From a virus: a stretch of DNA of 38,199 bases. How positions within the stretch are numbered: the first letter of the stretch is position 1; each line of letters begins with the position of its first letter. Below, one piece after another: positions 1-7,552 of the stretch. Under the pieces are notes generated by a model. The model was not told the origin of the DNA and did no database searches. It saw nothing but the letters and a program-made list of their open reading frames with translations. The stretch lies in the IMG/VR virus record IMGVR_UViG_3300045988_034846, positions 1-38,199 of that record. One strand, 5' to 3'. The position numbers were made by a program, and so were the translations under genes.

Positions 1-110
1 AAGTCCCACTGCCGGCACTATTTGCAAAACCCCGTAAATCCAAGATTTTCAGTAAAATCAAGGGTTTGCGGGGTTTTTCTTTACTTACAATCTTTCAAAA
101 AATTAAAGAA
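1..110 (+). repeat. Left copy of an exact 110-bp direct terminal repeat (att core, or overlap of a circularly assembled genome)
   Basis: Bases 1-110 are identical to 38090-38199. The repeat begins in a tRNA-like T-loop/acceptor 3' strand (AAGTCCCACTGCCGGCA) and continues through a hairpin terminator. Confidence 0.95.
26..78 (+). terminator. Rho-independent terminator of the target tRNA gene (inside the att repeat)
   Basis: AAAACCCCGTAAATCC (26-41) pairs with GGGTTTGCGGGGTTTT (62-77), including two G-U wobbles. A T-run follows. Confidence 0.6.
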
Positions 111-130
111 ATTAGGGTATTTTTAAGAAA

Positions 131-151
131 AATTTGCCCCGAATTTGCCCC
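131..151 (+). promoter_or_regulatory. Two tandem AATTTGCCCC motifs 11 bp apart (candidate integrase arm-type sites, P' side)
   Basis: AATTTGCCCC occurs at 131-140 and 142-151. The same motif pair, in the same orientation, occurs at 38015-38035 on the other side of the core. Confidence 0.5.
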
Positions 152-155
152 GCCC

Positions 156-1148
156 TTACTTTGAGATTTCAGCTATATATTGACTGGCAAATTCCATCAT
201 ATCTCTTTCTTTATCGGCTTGAGCATGACGGTATACTCTCTTCATGACATTGTCTGAGCTCCAACCACCGGCACGCATGATATAGCTGTCCGGTATGCCA
301 AGTGAGTGAGCCATCGAAGCGTAATAGTGACGCAGGTCATGGAATCTAAAGTGTGGCAAACCTATACGCTTCTGCAAGGCCGATAGATTATCCCACAGGT
401 TAGTTGGATATCCTGCATAGCCTTTGCCCTGAATGCGGAGTAGATCGGCCGTGTAATCGTCTATGTATATCTTCCGTGTAGACTCATCCGTCTTGGCAAA
501 ATTCTTTAGTACAAGTTTGTTATCCTTGTTCTTGACAATGGACTTGTTGATAGCCAGCATATTTCCCTCAAGATCATCGGCAGTCACAGCACATACTTCA
601 GACCGTCTCATGCCATATACTCCTAGACGCAGAGCTAATTCATACGATGTACCTTTGGAAGCTTCGAGTATCTTCTTGATGTCGTCATCGGTCGGCTCAT
701 ACGGCACATAGCGCTCGCCAAGCGGTAAAGTGGTAGTGAGCTTAAGGTCCGGGCGGTACATAGCCACGATGGGCGATATAAAACCGTGGTAATTCTTTAC
801 TGTTTTGGCTTTTCTCTTCAAGGCTATCCTGTTAATTTCTGCCTGCACATCAGCAGAGGACAAGTCTTTCATTGGAATATTCAAAAAATCTTCACTCATC
901 GAACGCACCATAGCATCATATGAGCGCACAGTGGACGGAGAAAGGACATTTTCTTTAATGGCTATATACTGCAAGGCACAGCTCTTAAAAGTTCCCTGTG
1001 CGGCGCTGGAAGGCTTTTCAGCATATATTTTAGAAAGCACCTCGTCCACTTCCCGCTTACTTGGGAAGTGGTCAAATATAATGCGGTGCATCTTTCCGTC
1101 AATCATCTTACGGACTCGGTAGCCACTATTTTTTTTCTCAACTTTCAT
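156..1148 (-). CDS. int: Tyrosine integrase
   Basis: 330 aa. Catalytic signature is visible: R in GMRRSEV, H-x-x-R in HDLRHYY, and Y in KRVYRHA. The gene directly abuts the att core, and an SD (AAAGGAGGA) precedes the ATG. Confidence 0.9.
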   Translation of the reverse strand: MKVEKKNSGYRVRKMIDGKMHRIIFDHFPSKREVDEVLSKIYAEKPSSAAQGTFKSCALQYIAIKENVLSPSTVRSYDAMVRSMSEDFLNIPMKDLSSADVQAEINRIALKRKAKTVKNYHGFISPIVAMYRPDLKLTTTLPLGERYVPYEPTDDDIKKILEASKGTSYELALRLGVYGMRRSEVCAVTADDLEGNMLAINKSIVKNKDNKLVLKNFAKTDESTRKIYIDDYTADLLRIQGKGYAGYPTNLWDNLSALQKRIGLPHFRFHDLRHYYASMAHSLGIPDSYIMRAGGWSSDNVMKRVYRHAQADKERDMMEFASQYIAEISK

Positions 1149-1302
1149 AATTGGTCCTCCTTTTGTTTTTATTCTCTGAAACGCATAAAAATTTGTGATA
1201 TAATATTAATGAGTTAAGAATTGAGTTTGACTCGTTCTCAACTCCTGTTTTAATCTTGAACTCCTTATCAAGTTAAAACCCTTTAGAAATCCTTTCTCAT
1301 AC

Positions 1303-1341
1303 AAAAAACGCACCGGCAGCCTCCTCTGTCAGTGCGTTTTT
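1303..1341. terminator. Bidirectional rho-independent terminator ending the repressor operon
   Basis: A-run, then ACGCAC(C)GGCAG...CTG(T)C(A)GTGCGT hairpin, then T-run. It lies 5 nt downstream of the 1346 stop on the minus strand. Confidence 0.6.
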
Positions 1342-1345
1342 CGTA

Positions 1346-1942
1346 TTACTTTGGACTATATATCCAATTGCCATAATCATCCTGTACTATATAGCCGTCT
1401 ACCGCATATTCAGAGCAGTCATCGTCAAGTACACCATATACAGCTTGAGTCGGATCACATCCCGGAAAACAAATACCGGTATCTCTATCACCAGTCTTGA
1501 TAGCGAAATAATTGTAATTTTGCTTGCTGACAAAATCACAGAATTTCTTGTAGTCTTCCTGAGATGTGCGCTCAAGTCGTGGCTTTGATATATCTATATA
1601 TCCGTATGTGCCGATGTTAGTACCGGATCCACTGAGAACTTCTCCGGTTTTTACTTCATAATCGAGTAATGAAGGCTTGCTGTCGTAAATGAAAGTTTTA
1701 ATCTTAACATATCCGAAGAAACCTCCTATTAACACTAAGACTATAAGAGCACCTATTAAGTTATAAAAGCCTTTGCTATGTTGCTTTTTGGGTTGAACAT
1801 ATTGTTGATAATTATATTGTTGCTGCGGATTTACAAAATCCTGTGTGTAATTTTGCTGATTGGCAGCAAAGAGCGAGGAACCACATCTGCCACAGAATGC
1901 ATAGCCCTGCGGTACCTCACTTCCGCATCTTGGACATTTCAT
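1346..1942 (-). CDS. Zinc-ribbon membrane protein; lysogeny-expressed accessory gene and candidate superinfection-exclusion factor
   Basis: 198 aa. It has an N-terminal CPRCG...CGRCG zinc ribbon, a Q/N/Y-rich linker, one TM helix (LIGALIVLVLIGGFFGYV) and a C-terminal domain of about 120 aa. SD is AAGGAGG. It is the last gene of the repressor operon. Confidence 0.6.
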   Translation of the reverse strand: MKCPRCGSEVPQGYAFCGRCGSSLFAANQQNYTQDFVNPQQQYNYQQYVQPKKQHSKGFYNLIGALIVLVLIGGFFGYVKIKTFIYDSKPSLLDYEVKTGEVLSGSGTNIGTYGYIDISKPRLERTSQEDYKKFCDFVSKQNYNYFAIKTGDRDTGICFPGCDPTQAVYGVLDDDCSEYAVDGYIVQDDYGNWIYSPK

Positions 1943-1954
1943 TGTTATACCTCC

Positions 1955-2164
1955 TTATAATCTTCTTAACACATACCACAATACGAGTACAAGCCCTATG
2001 ATAGCTGATACTATAACGCTTCTTGTAATTCCAAGTAACGCTAGAATGAAAAATACTAATGATGAGAGTGCACCCCAAATTATGAAGAATGTGGCAATTA
2101 ATGCAAGCCCAAATCCCACACATGAAAGAATAGTGGCCATAAATTCTACAATTGTTTTTTTCAT
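1955..2164 (-). CDS. Small hydrophobic membrane protein
   Basis: 69 aa, almost entirely hydrophobic with 2-3 TM segments. SD is TAGGAGG. It starts 9 nt downstream of the repressor stop. Confidence 0.6.
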   Translation of the reverse strand: MKKTIVEFMATILSCVGFGLALIATFFIIWGALSSLVFFILALLGITRSVIVSAIIGLVLVLWYVLRRL

Positions 2165-2173
2165 GCAATCCTC

Positions 2174-2794
2174 CTAGAAATTACGAATCAGTTGTATTAC
2201 TTTTCCTAATATTCTGACTGGCATTGTGTCTATCTCTGACTGGCTAAATCTCATTGGCTCGTAAGCCGGATTAGTTGGGATAAGTGCAAGGCCCTCAGCA
2301 TATCTTTGCAATCGCTTACAGGTGGCATCAGAGCCATTAACTAGGGCTATAACTAAATCCCCAGTATCAGCTTCATCAGTTTTTTGAACGACGACTGTAT
2401 CACCATCTCTTAACTCAGGTACCATACTGTCGCCTTTAATTAAGAGAGCGAATAGCTCACCTCTACGCTTGAGTGCAGGCGATACTTCAATACTGCCGAT
2501 TATTTCCTCAACAGCTTCTTTTCCGTAGCCTGCTGCCACACGGCCAAGAACTGGAATACTATAGGTTAAGTCCAACTGTGTAGGCTCTATTCCATCGAAC
2601 CCCAGCAATTCGCTTGGAGTCGTGCGCAGTGCTTTGGCAAACTCACGTATTTTTGATTCAGGAATATCGACAACGCCACGTTCTATTTTTGCAATAGAGG
2701 AGCGGTCTTTATATCCGGTAAGACTAGCTAAAGTGTCTTGAGACATTTCAAGAGCATTTCTACGCTCTTTAATATTCTTATAAAGTTCGAGCAT
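2174..2794 (-). CDS. CI-like repressor: XRE HTH plus LexA-type S24 autopeptidase domain
   Basis: 206 aa. It has an N-terminal HTH (MSQDTLASLTGYKDRSSIAKIERG), a LexA-type cleavage site (GRVAAG), the catalytic Ser in GDSM and the catalytic Lys in TCKRL. Confidence 0.9.
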   Translation of the reverse strand: MLELYKNIKERRNALEMSQDTLASLTGYKDRSSIAKIERGVVDIPESKIREFAKALRTTPSELLGFDGIEPTQLDLTYSIPVLGRVAAGYGKEAVEEIIGSIEVSPALKRRGELFALLIKGDSMVPELRDGDTVVVQKTDEADTGDLVIALVNGSDATCKRLQRYAEGLALIPTNPAYEPMRFSQSEIDTMPVRILGKVIQLIRNF

Positions 2795-2833
2795 GATATA
2801 TCCTCCTTCCTATAAATGTTGGTTTGTGCCTTC

Positions 2834-2862
2834 ATTATAACGCACTGTGTAAATTAATTCAA
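2834..2862 (-). promoter_or_regulatory. Candidate leftward (repressor) promoter
   Basis: On the minus strand: TTGAAT (2862-2857), 17 nt spacer, TATAAT (2839-2834). The -35 lies inside the inverted repeat TGTAAATT-N9-AATTTACA (2848-2872). Confidence 0.5.
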
Positions 2863-2880
2863 CAAATTTACAAAAAACTG

Positions 2881-2909
2881 TTGACACAAATTCACACTAG
2901 TGATATAGT
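2881..2909 (+). promoter_or_regulatory. Candidate rightward early promoter
   Basis: TTGACA (2881-2886), 17 nt spacer, TATAGT (2904-2909), with a TG at the extended -10 position. Confidence 0.65.
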
Positions 2910-2922
2910 GAATTTAGTTCAC
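2908..2922. promoter_or_regulatory. Operator-like palindrome O1 (GTGAATTTAGTTCAC)
   Basis: Near-perfect 15-bp palindrome overlapping the -10/+1 of the rightward promoter. It has the same half-sites as 3149-3163. Confidence 0.5.
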
Positions 2923-2944
2923 GGAAGGGAGGCATCAAAAAATA

Positions 2945-3157
2945 GTGGCAAACGTAGAACTGTTAAGACAGACAATGAAAGACTCCGGCATGACAGTATC
3001 GGCAATCGCTGAAAAATCAGGCATTTGCAGAGAGACACTCTACAACCGTATGAATAGCGGAGATTTTTACGCATCAGAGATTGTGTCACTTACTAGGGTT
3101 TTAGGACTTAGTAAGAAAGAGAGAGACGATATTTTTTTACCTAAGAAAGTGAATTAA
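2945..3157 (+). CDS. Cro-like HTH regulator
   Basis: 70 aa with a GTG start behind GGAAGGGAGG. HTH is MTVSAIAEKSGICRETLYNRM. It is divergent from the repressor. Confidence 0.7.
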   Translation: MANVELLRQTMKDSGMTVSAIAEKSGICRETLYNRMNSGDFYASEIVSLTRVLGLSKKERDDIFLPKKVN

Positions 3158-3163
3158 ATTCAC
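3149..3163. promoter_or_regulatory. Operator-like palindrome O2 (GTGAATTAAATTCAC)
   Basis: Perfect 7+1+7 palindrome spanning the stop codon of the cro-like gene. Confidence 0.45.
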
Positions 3164-3178
3164 ATAAGGAGAAAAGCA

Positions 3179-3427
3179 ATGCCAAGAGTCAGAGCATTAA
3201 CCTACCCGGCAAGGGTAGCGGACAGGAGAAAAGTCCTTGCCAAGAAGTGCAAGCTCCGGCTTGCTGAGTGTGGAGTCAAACAGAAAAAGATAGCCAAACA
3301 GCTTGGCATATCAGAGGCAGCAATGAGTACACAACTCAGTGGGAAGTTAAGCATCGAAACGCTCATAGCCATCGCGGATATGACGGACTGGACACCAGAG
3401 GAGCTAGGCAGGGCAATTAAAAACTAA
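3179..3427 (+). CDS. HTH DNA-binding protein
   Basis: 82 aa. HTH is KQKKIAKQLGISEAAMSTQLSG. SD is AAGGAG. Confidence 0.65.
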   Translation: MPRVRALTYPARVADRRKVLAKKCKLRLAECGVKQKKIAKQLGISEAAMSTQLSGKLSIETLIAIADMTDWTPEELGRAIKN

Positions 3428-3442
3428 ATATTGTGAATTATT

Positions 3443-3575
3443 CGAGCATTCAGTAGAGGGGCACAGTTTTACTCCTATATAAATTTTTCGATTCAGTTAT
3501 TGCGTGTAAGTGTATTTTGATTTTGTTACTTTTGGCATACCTCTTGTTGCTATGTGCCCCTCTACTGAGTGCTCG
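3443..3575. repeat. 23-bp inverted repeat enclosing an 87-bp AT-rich spacer
   Basis: CGAGCATTCAGTAGAGGGGCACA (3443-3465) is complementary to TGTGCCCCTCTACTGAGTGCTCG (3553-3575). The single mismatch is G-U compatible in RNA. Confidence 0.85.
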
Positions 3576-3590
3576 GGAAAGGAGAAAAGC

Positions 3591-3746
3591 ATGAGAAAGA
3601 AGATATACGAGACGCTCGGCTATGTCGGCCTTGCTGCAATTATGGTGGGAGCGTGCCTCATCCGGTACAGATACGGACAAGTACTCTTACCACTGGGACT
3701 GCTGCTTACTATTCCATGTCTTGTGACAGAACATGAGAATGATTAG
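3591..3746 (+). CDS. Small membrane protein
   Basis: 51 aa from the ATG behind AAGGAG. The track's longer 3510 start runs through the inverted repeat. There are two hydrophobic segments. Confidence 0.5.
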   Translation: MRKKIYETLGYVGLAAIMVGACLIRYRYGQVLLPLGLLLTIPCLVTEHEND

Positions 3747-3903
3747 TGGATGCAAGCCTGGCACAAGTGGACAGAAGTACCAGAGTGCTGGCGAATATCT
3801 CATGGAGACAGTAAAAAAGGCTAAGCCAAAAACCTGTAAGACTTTCGCTGAATTATTGGAAAATGAGAGCAAAAAAATAGAATCCTCGACCGACCAAAGC
3901 TAA
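3739..3903 (+). CDS. Hypothetical small protein (54 aa, below the ORF-track cutoff)
   Basis: Open frame MISGCKPGTSGQKYQSAGEYLMETVKKAKPKTCKTFAELLENESKKIESSTDQS. It fills an otherwise empty 220-nt gap and overlaps the upstream stop. No domain recognised. Confidence 0.35.
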   Translation: MISGCKPGTSGQKYQSAGEYLMETVKKAKPKTCKTFAELLENESKKIESSTDQS

Positions 3904-3968
3904 GGATTCTATAAAGGGAAAAATCAAATAGATTTTTTTAATTGTAACATGATTTTAGAGATTATTCA

Positions 3969-4163
3969 ATGGAGCTGATTATGATTTTAAGAAAATGCAG
4001 AAAATGCGGATGCGCTATAGATCCGGGAGAGGGCGTTAACGGAATATGCGAGGATTGTGTTAGGCAGTCGAAAATATTGAAGACCAGAGCCGGACAGCAT
4101 GAAGCCCTTGTTAAATGTACAGATTATAAGCAGATGAGCTTCAAAGATTTGGAAGCGAGCTAA
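3969..4163 (+). CDS. Small zinc-ribbon protein
   Basis: 64 aa with CRKCG...CEDC. The alternative ATG at 3981 has better SD spacing. Confidence 0.55.
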   Translation: MELIMILRKCRKCGCAIDPGEGVNGICEDCVRQSKILKTRAGQHEALVKCTDYKQMSFKDLEAS

Positions 4164-4179
4164 TCAGAAAGGAAAGAAA

Positions 4180-4452
4180 ATGACAAGAGAGGAAAGAATC
4201 AGGGAAACCCTTGAAAAGGTAATGAAGATTAACGAGGGCAGTTCAATGCATACACCATTTGTCCATTTGGAAGTGACCGGAGGATATGTTGATAGCATGA
4301 ACGTTACTATATTCCCAGACGGATGGCACGGAATAGGTGACACTAAGGCAGACATGTGCTTAGTTTATTTCGACGCATTCGACGAAAATGAATACATGAG
4401 AATACACGCAGAATTAGACAAGCTTATAGAAGAAAAGGAGAAAACATGTTAG
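4180..4452 (+). CDS. Hypothetical protein
   Basis: 90 aa. SD is AAAGGAAAG. It overlaps the next gene's start. Confidence 0.55.
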   Translation: MTREERIRETLEKVMKINEGSSMHTPFVHLEVTGGYVDSMNVTIFPDGWHGIGDTKADMCLVYFDAFDENEYMRIHAELDKLIEEKEKTC

Positions 4453-5309
4453 AAGTACAGATTAGCAGAAACAACGGAACTATAGATTTTAATTTCGAGG
4501 ACTTAAAGGACGCTCTTACAGCAGAGCTCGAGCTTTACAAGAACTTGGTCTTCACGGAAGACACAAAAGCAGATGCAAAGAAGACTGTAGCAGAGCTCAG
4601 AAAGCTCAAGAAGCAGATTAACGACAAGAGAATAGAGGTCAAAAAGCTCTACATGCAGCCATACACAGACTTCGAGGCAAAGGTTAAAGAGCTGGACAAG
4701 CTTATTAATGAACCAATCACTTACATCAGTGAGCAGATTGATGCATTCGAGCAGAAGCGCATCGAGGAAAAGATAGAGCTTATCAATGACATTTACCTTG
4801 AGCTTGTATCCGAAAGAGAAGATATAGCAGGATATGCAGAGCTCAACAGGGTATACGACAGCAAGTGGGAGAACACATCCACATCAAAGAAGACTATACA
4901 GGAAGCAATCACCAACTATCTTGATGGTGTAGCCAATGACATAGCAGCTATTAAGAGCATGGAATCAGAATACGAGACCAAAGCTCTTATGAGATATAAA
5001 GAGACCGGTGTACTGTCAGATGCACTTCTCACTATCAGACAGTGGGAAAAGCAGAAAGAGGAAATTCTCAAGGCTGAGGAAGAGAAGCAGAAACAGGAAG
5101 CTCTCAAGGCTGAGGAAGAGAAACAAGCAGAGGCCGAAGCTGATGAGATACTTGATGCACTGGAGCCTGTGGAGGAGTTCATAGAGCCAACCGAAAAGAA
5201 CGACATTATGAAGTTGGCAAGATACGAGGTCAAGGTTGATCCATTCCAGCAGACACAGCTTGAATGTTATATGCAGGAGTGTGGCATCCAGTACAGGAGG
5301 TTAGATTAA
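4446..5309 (+). CDS. DUF1351-like protein (recombination-module partner of ERF/RecT in Firmicutes phages)
   Basis: 287 aa. The N-terminal region and the position directly upstream of ERF are typical of DUF1351. It has an acidic coiled-coil repeat, KAEEEKQKQEALKAEEEKQ. Confidence 0.6.
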   Translation: MLEVQISRNNGTIDFNFEDLKDALTAELELYKNLVFTEDTKADAKKTVAELRKLKKQINDKRIEVKKLYMQPYTDFEAKVKELDKLINEPITYISEQIDAFEQKRIEEKIELINDIYLELVSEREDIAGYAELNRVYDSKWENTSTSKKTIQEAITNYLDGVANDIAAIKSMESEYETKALMRYKETGVLSDALLTIRQWEKQKEEILKAEEEKQKQEALKAEEEKQAEAEADEILDALEPVEEFIEPTEKNDIMKLARYEVKVDPFQQTQLECYMQECGIQYRRLD

Positions 5310-5968
5310 TGGCAGTGCACGAGAAACTAAAAGAAATACAGACGATGCTTAAGGCACCGAAAAATCTATACAACAAGTATGGTGGATTCAATTATCGAAA
5401 CGCCGAGGGAATATATGAGGCAGTTAAGCCTCTACTCGACAAGCTTGGCATGACACTGATAATCAGTGATTCGATTCAAGCTGTAGGCACAAAGAATTAT
5501 GTGAAAGCTACTGCATGCCTTACAGATTGCGAGACAGGCGAACAGCTCTCTTCCTGCGCACTTGCAAGAGAGGCAGAAACAAAAAAGGGGATGGATGACT
5601 CACAGATTACCGGTACCGCGTCAAGCTACGCGAGAAAGTATGCGCTTAACGGGCTCTTCCTCTTGGATGATACCAAAGACGAGGATTCGGATGAGTGCAG
5701 GAAGTATAAAGAGAATAAGAGCAAGGCTGAATCAGCAGAACCAACACAGCCAGCAGCTTTCAAACCTGCGACAGCCCTGCAGATTCATAAGATTAATGAA
5801 TACATCATGGCCTACGCGGGTATGTGTGAAGGTGCAAGTGAGGGCGACATATGGAACATATTGAAAAAGAAGTACGGCTTTGCCAAGCAGTCAGATATTT
5901 CAAAGGAGCTTGCTGAACGGATAACTAAGCAGGTTGAAGCTTGGTACAAAAAGAAGAAAGAGGCATAA
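5309..5968 (+). CDS. erf: ERF-family single-strand annealing protein
   Basis: 219 aa from the ATG overlapping the upstream TAA, with SD AGGAGG. ERF-like core is GGFNYRNAEGIYEAVKPLL...TGTASSYARKYALNGLFLLDD. Confidence 0.8.
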   Translation: MAVHEKLKEIQTMLKAPKNLYNKYGGFNYRNAEGIYEAVKPLLDKLGMTLIISDSIQAVGTKNYVKATACLTDCETGEQLSSCALAREAETKKGMDDSQITGTASSYARKYALNGLFLLDDTKDEDSDECRKYKENKSKAESAEPTQPAAFKPATALQIHKINEYIMAYAGMCEGASEGDIWNILKKKYGFAKQSDISKELAERITKQVEAWYKKKKEA

Positions 5969-6508
5969 ATGGAAGTGACAGGAAAAGCTGTCGGAGCATC
6001 TATCGACTTTGACAGCGGGCACTTGAGAGTGACCTTTGACATCAACGAGACAGAAAAAGCCAAGACAGAGTATGAGAAGATTAAGAGCTTTGACAAGCTC
6101 AAAATCAAGGCGGTCAGATATACACGGCGCCGGTCCCTTGACGCCAATGCCTACTTTCATGTGCTTGTTGGCAAGATAGCCGAAGCTCTGACAATCTCAA
6201 AGGCAAGAGCCAAAAACCTCATGATATGCAGATATGGACAGCCTCATGTGCTGCCAAGTGGTGAGCCTCTTATCTACAAGACCAACGCTCCTGAGAGTTA
6301 TATGTACGAGCTCGAGACAATGCACTGCATAGCTGTCAAGTATGACGACAATGCCATGTTCTACATGGTATACAGAGGCTCACATACCTACAGTACCGAT
6401 GAGATGTCAAAGCTCATCGACGGCACCGTAGCAGAAGCCAAGGAGCTCGGCATTGAGACTATCACACCGACAGAACTGAAAGAAATGAAAGAGAGGTGGG
6501 GAGTGTGA
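5969..6508 (+). CDS. NinB/Orf-like recombination mediator (tentative)
   Basis: 179 aa. It shares the lambda NinB-like motifs RRSLDANAYFHVLVGKI (compare RSLDQNRKLWACLGDV) and a C-terminal EMKERWG (compare EWKARWG), recalled from memory. It lies within the recombination module. Confidence 0.45.
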   Translation: MEVTGKAVGASIDFDSGHLRVTFDINETEKAKTEYEKIKSFDKLKIKAVRYTRRRSLDANAYFHVLVGKIAEALTISKARAKNLMICRYGQPHVLPSGEPLIYKTNAPESYMYELETMHCIAVKYDDNAMFYMVYRGSHTYSTDEMSKLIDGTVAEAKELGIETITPTELKEMKERWGV

Positions 6509-6783
6509 AGTCAATAATAGTAGAGCGTACCGACAGATGTGTGATATGTGGAAGCCCTTACGTGGAAATCCACCACGCTATACACGGCACGGCCAACCGG
6601 AAGATAGCCGACAAGTACGGCTTAACTATTCCATTGTGTCACGAGCACCACTTGGGCGCACTCGGACCACACCTCAACAGAACTGTTGACCTGACATACA
6701 TCAAAGCAGCTCAGAGAGCGTTTGAGTCAAAGGTCGGAACTAGAGAAGAATTTAGAAAGCTGTTCGGTAAGAGCTGGCTTTAA
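6496..6783 (+). CDS. Ref/DUF968-like HNH-motif nuclease
   Basis: 95 aa with CVICG...EIHHAIHGTANRKIADKYGLTIPLCHEHH. A GTG at 6505, overlapping the upstream TGA, is an alternative start. Confidence 0.55.
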   Translation: MGSVKSIIVERTDRCVICGSPYVEIHHAIHGTANRKIADKYGLTIPLCHEHHLGALGPHLNRTVDLTYIKAAQRAFESKVGTREEFRKLFGKSWL

Positions 6784-6864
6784 ATGGTTGAGACACCTTA
6801 AGAAACTGTTTGGAATTGCGGATTTTATATCACGAAAACATCAGCAATTGTAAGCCCATGTTAT

Positions 6865-6888
6865 CTCCGGTCTACCCTTTGACCGGAG
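6865..6888 (+). promoter_or_regulatory. 8-bp stem hairpin immediately upstream of the SD of orf 6901
   Basis: CTCCGGTC-N8-GACCGGAG. No T-run follows. It abuts GGGAAAGGAG. Confidence 0.35.
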
Positions 6889-6900
6889 GGAAAGGAGCGC

Positions 6901-7218
6901 ATGGATTTAGAGAGAATACCGGTCGGGCATCGGAATGCCATGAGCAGACCATCCAACCCGAACGATGATAGACGGCTCCGGGAGCAGATTGAGAAAGCCA
7001 ACAACAACGGTGATTGTATCATCAATGTTGGAGACGGCTACTACAGACCGGACCCGAACGACATAGAGGATGAAGTTGAGTTCAACGAGTATATGGCTAA
7101 GGAGCTTCATCGAGCGAGAGCGATTCAAAAGAAGAGGCTCTCAATGAAATTGACATACGAAAGGTGGCGAGAAGTTGGAGTACTTATTAATTATACCGGG
7201 CAAGCTGCCGAACCTTAA
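6901..7218 (+). CDS. Hypothetical protein
   Basis: 105 aa. SD is GAAAGGAG. No domain recognised. Confidence 0.55.
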   Translation: MDLERIPVGHRNAMSRPSNPNDDRRLREQIEKANNNGDCIINVGDGYYRPDPNDIEDEVEFNEYMAKELHRARAIQKKRLSMKLTYERWREVGVLINYTGQAAEP

Positions 7219-7552
7219 CGACTACATCAGTGCAGAGAGAGCCAATAAGTACAAGGGGGCTAAACTCAAGGGAGAGTCGGAGGACATCGTGACAAGATGC
7301 ATCCGGCAGCAGTTGAAGGGGGTACACATTACCAAGCCTGTGAGCATGACTTATGTTTGGCACGAGCCGAATAAGAGACGAGATCTTGACAACATATCAT
7401 CATTCGGGCGAAAGGTGATCCAGGATGCACTCGTCAATTCGGGAGTTCTTGAGAATGACGGTTGGCAGAACATTAGGGGGTTCAACGATGAGTTCAAAGT
7501 CTCAAAGGATGAACCAAGGATAGAAGTCCATATCTTCGAGGTGGAGCGATGA
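7175..7552 (+). CDS. rusA: RusA-family Holliday junction resolvase
   Basis: 125 aa with a TTG start. RusA-like core is KRRDLDNISSFGRKVIQDALVNSGVLENDGW. Confidence 0.8.
   Translation: MEYLLIIPGKLPNLNDYISAERANKYKGAKLKGESEDIVTRCIRQQLKGVHITKPVSMTYVWHEPNKRRDLDNISSFGRKVIQDALVNSGVLENDGWQNIRGFNDEFKVSKDEPRIEVHIFEVER

Noticed and set aside
463-1122. Plus-strand ORFs 463-711 and 805-1122
   Set aside because: They are antisense to the integrase gene, have low-complexity Ser/Leu-rich translations and have no SD.
1917-2168. 83-aa minus-strand ORF overlapping the 69-aa membrane ORF in another frame
   Set aside because: The 1955-2164 frame has the SD (TAGGAGG) and a coherent TM-helix composition. The alternative frame is Cys/His/Ile-rich with no start context.
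2824-3012. 62-aa plus-strand ORF spanning the switch region
   Set aside because: It would start upstream of the rightward promoter and run through the operators. The in-context cro-like ORF (2945-3157, different frame) has an SD and an HTH.
3450-3680. Minus-strand 76-aa ORF, and the 3510 start of the plus-strand ORF
   Set aside because: Both read through the arms and AT-rich spacer of the 23-bp inverted repeat. Only the ATG at 3591 has an SD.
5562-5864. 100-aa alternative-frame ORF inside erf, and the minus-strand ORFs at 5812-6160
   Set aside because: They are nested in confidently assigned recombination genes, have Arg/Ser-rich low-complexity translations and have no SD.
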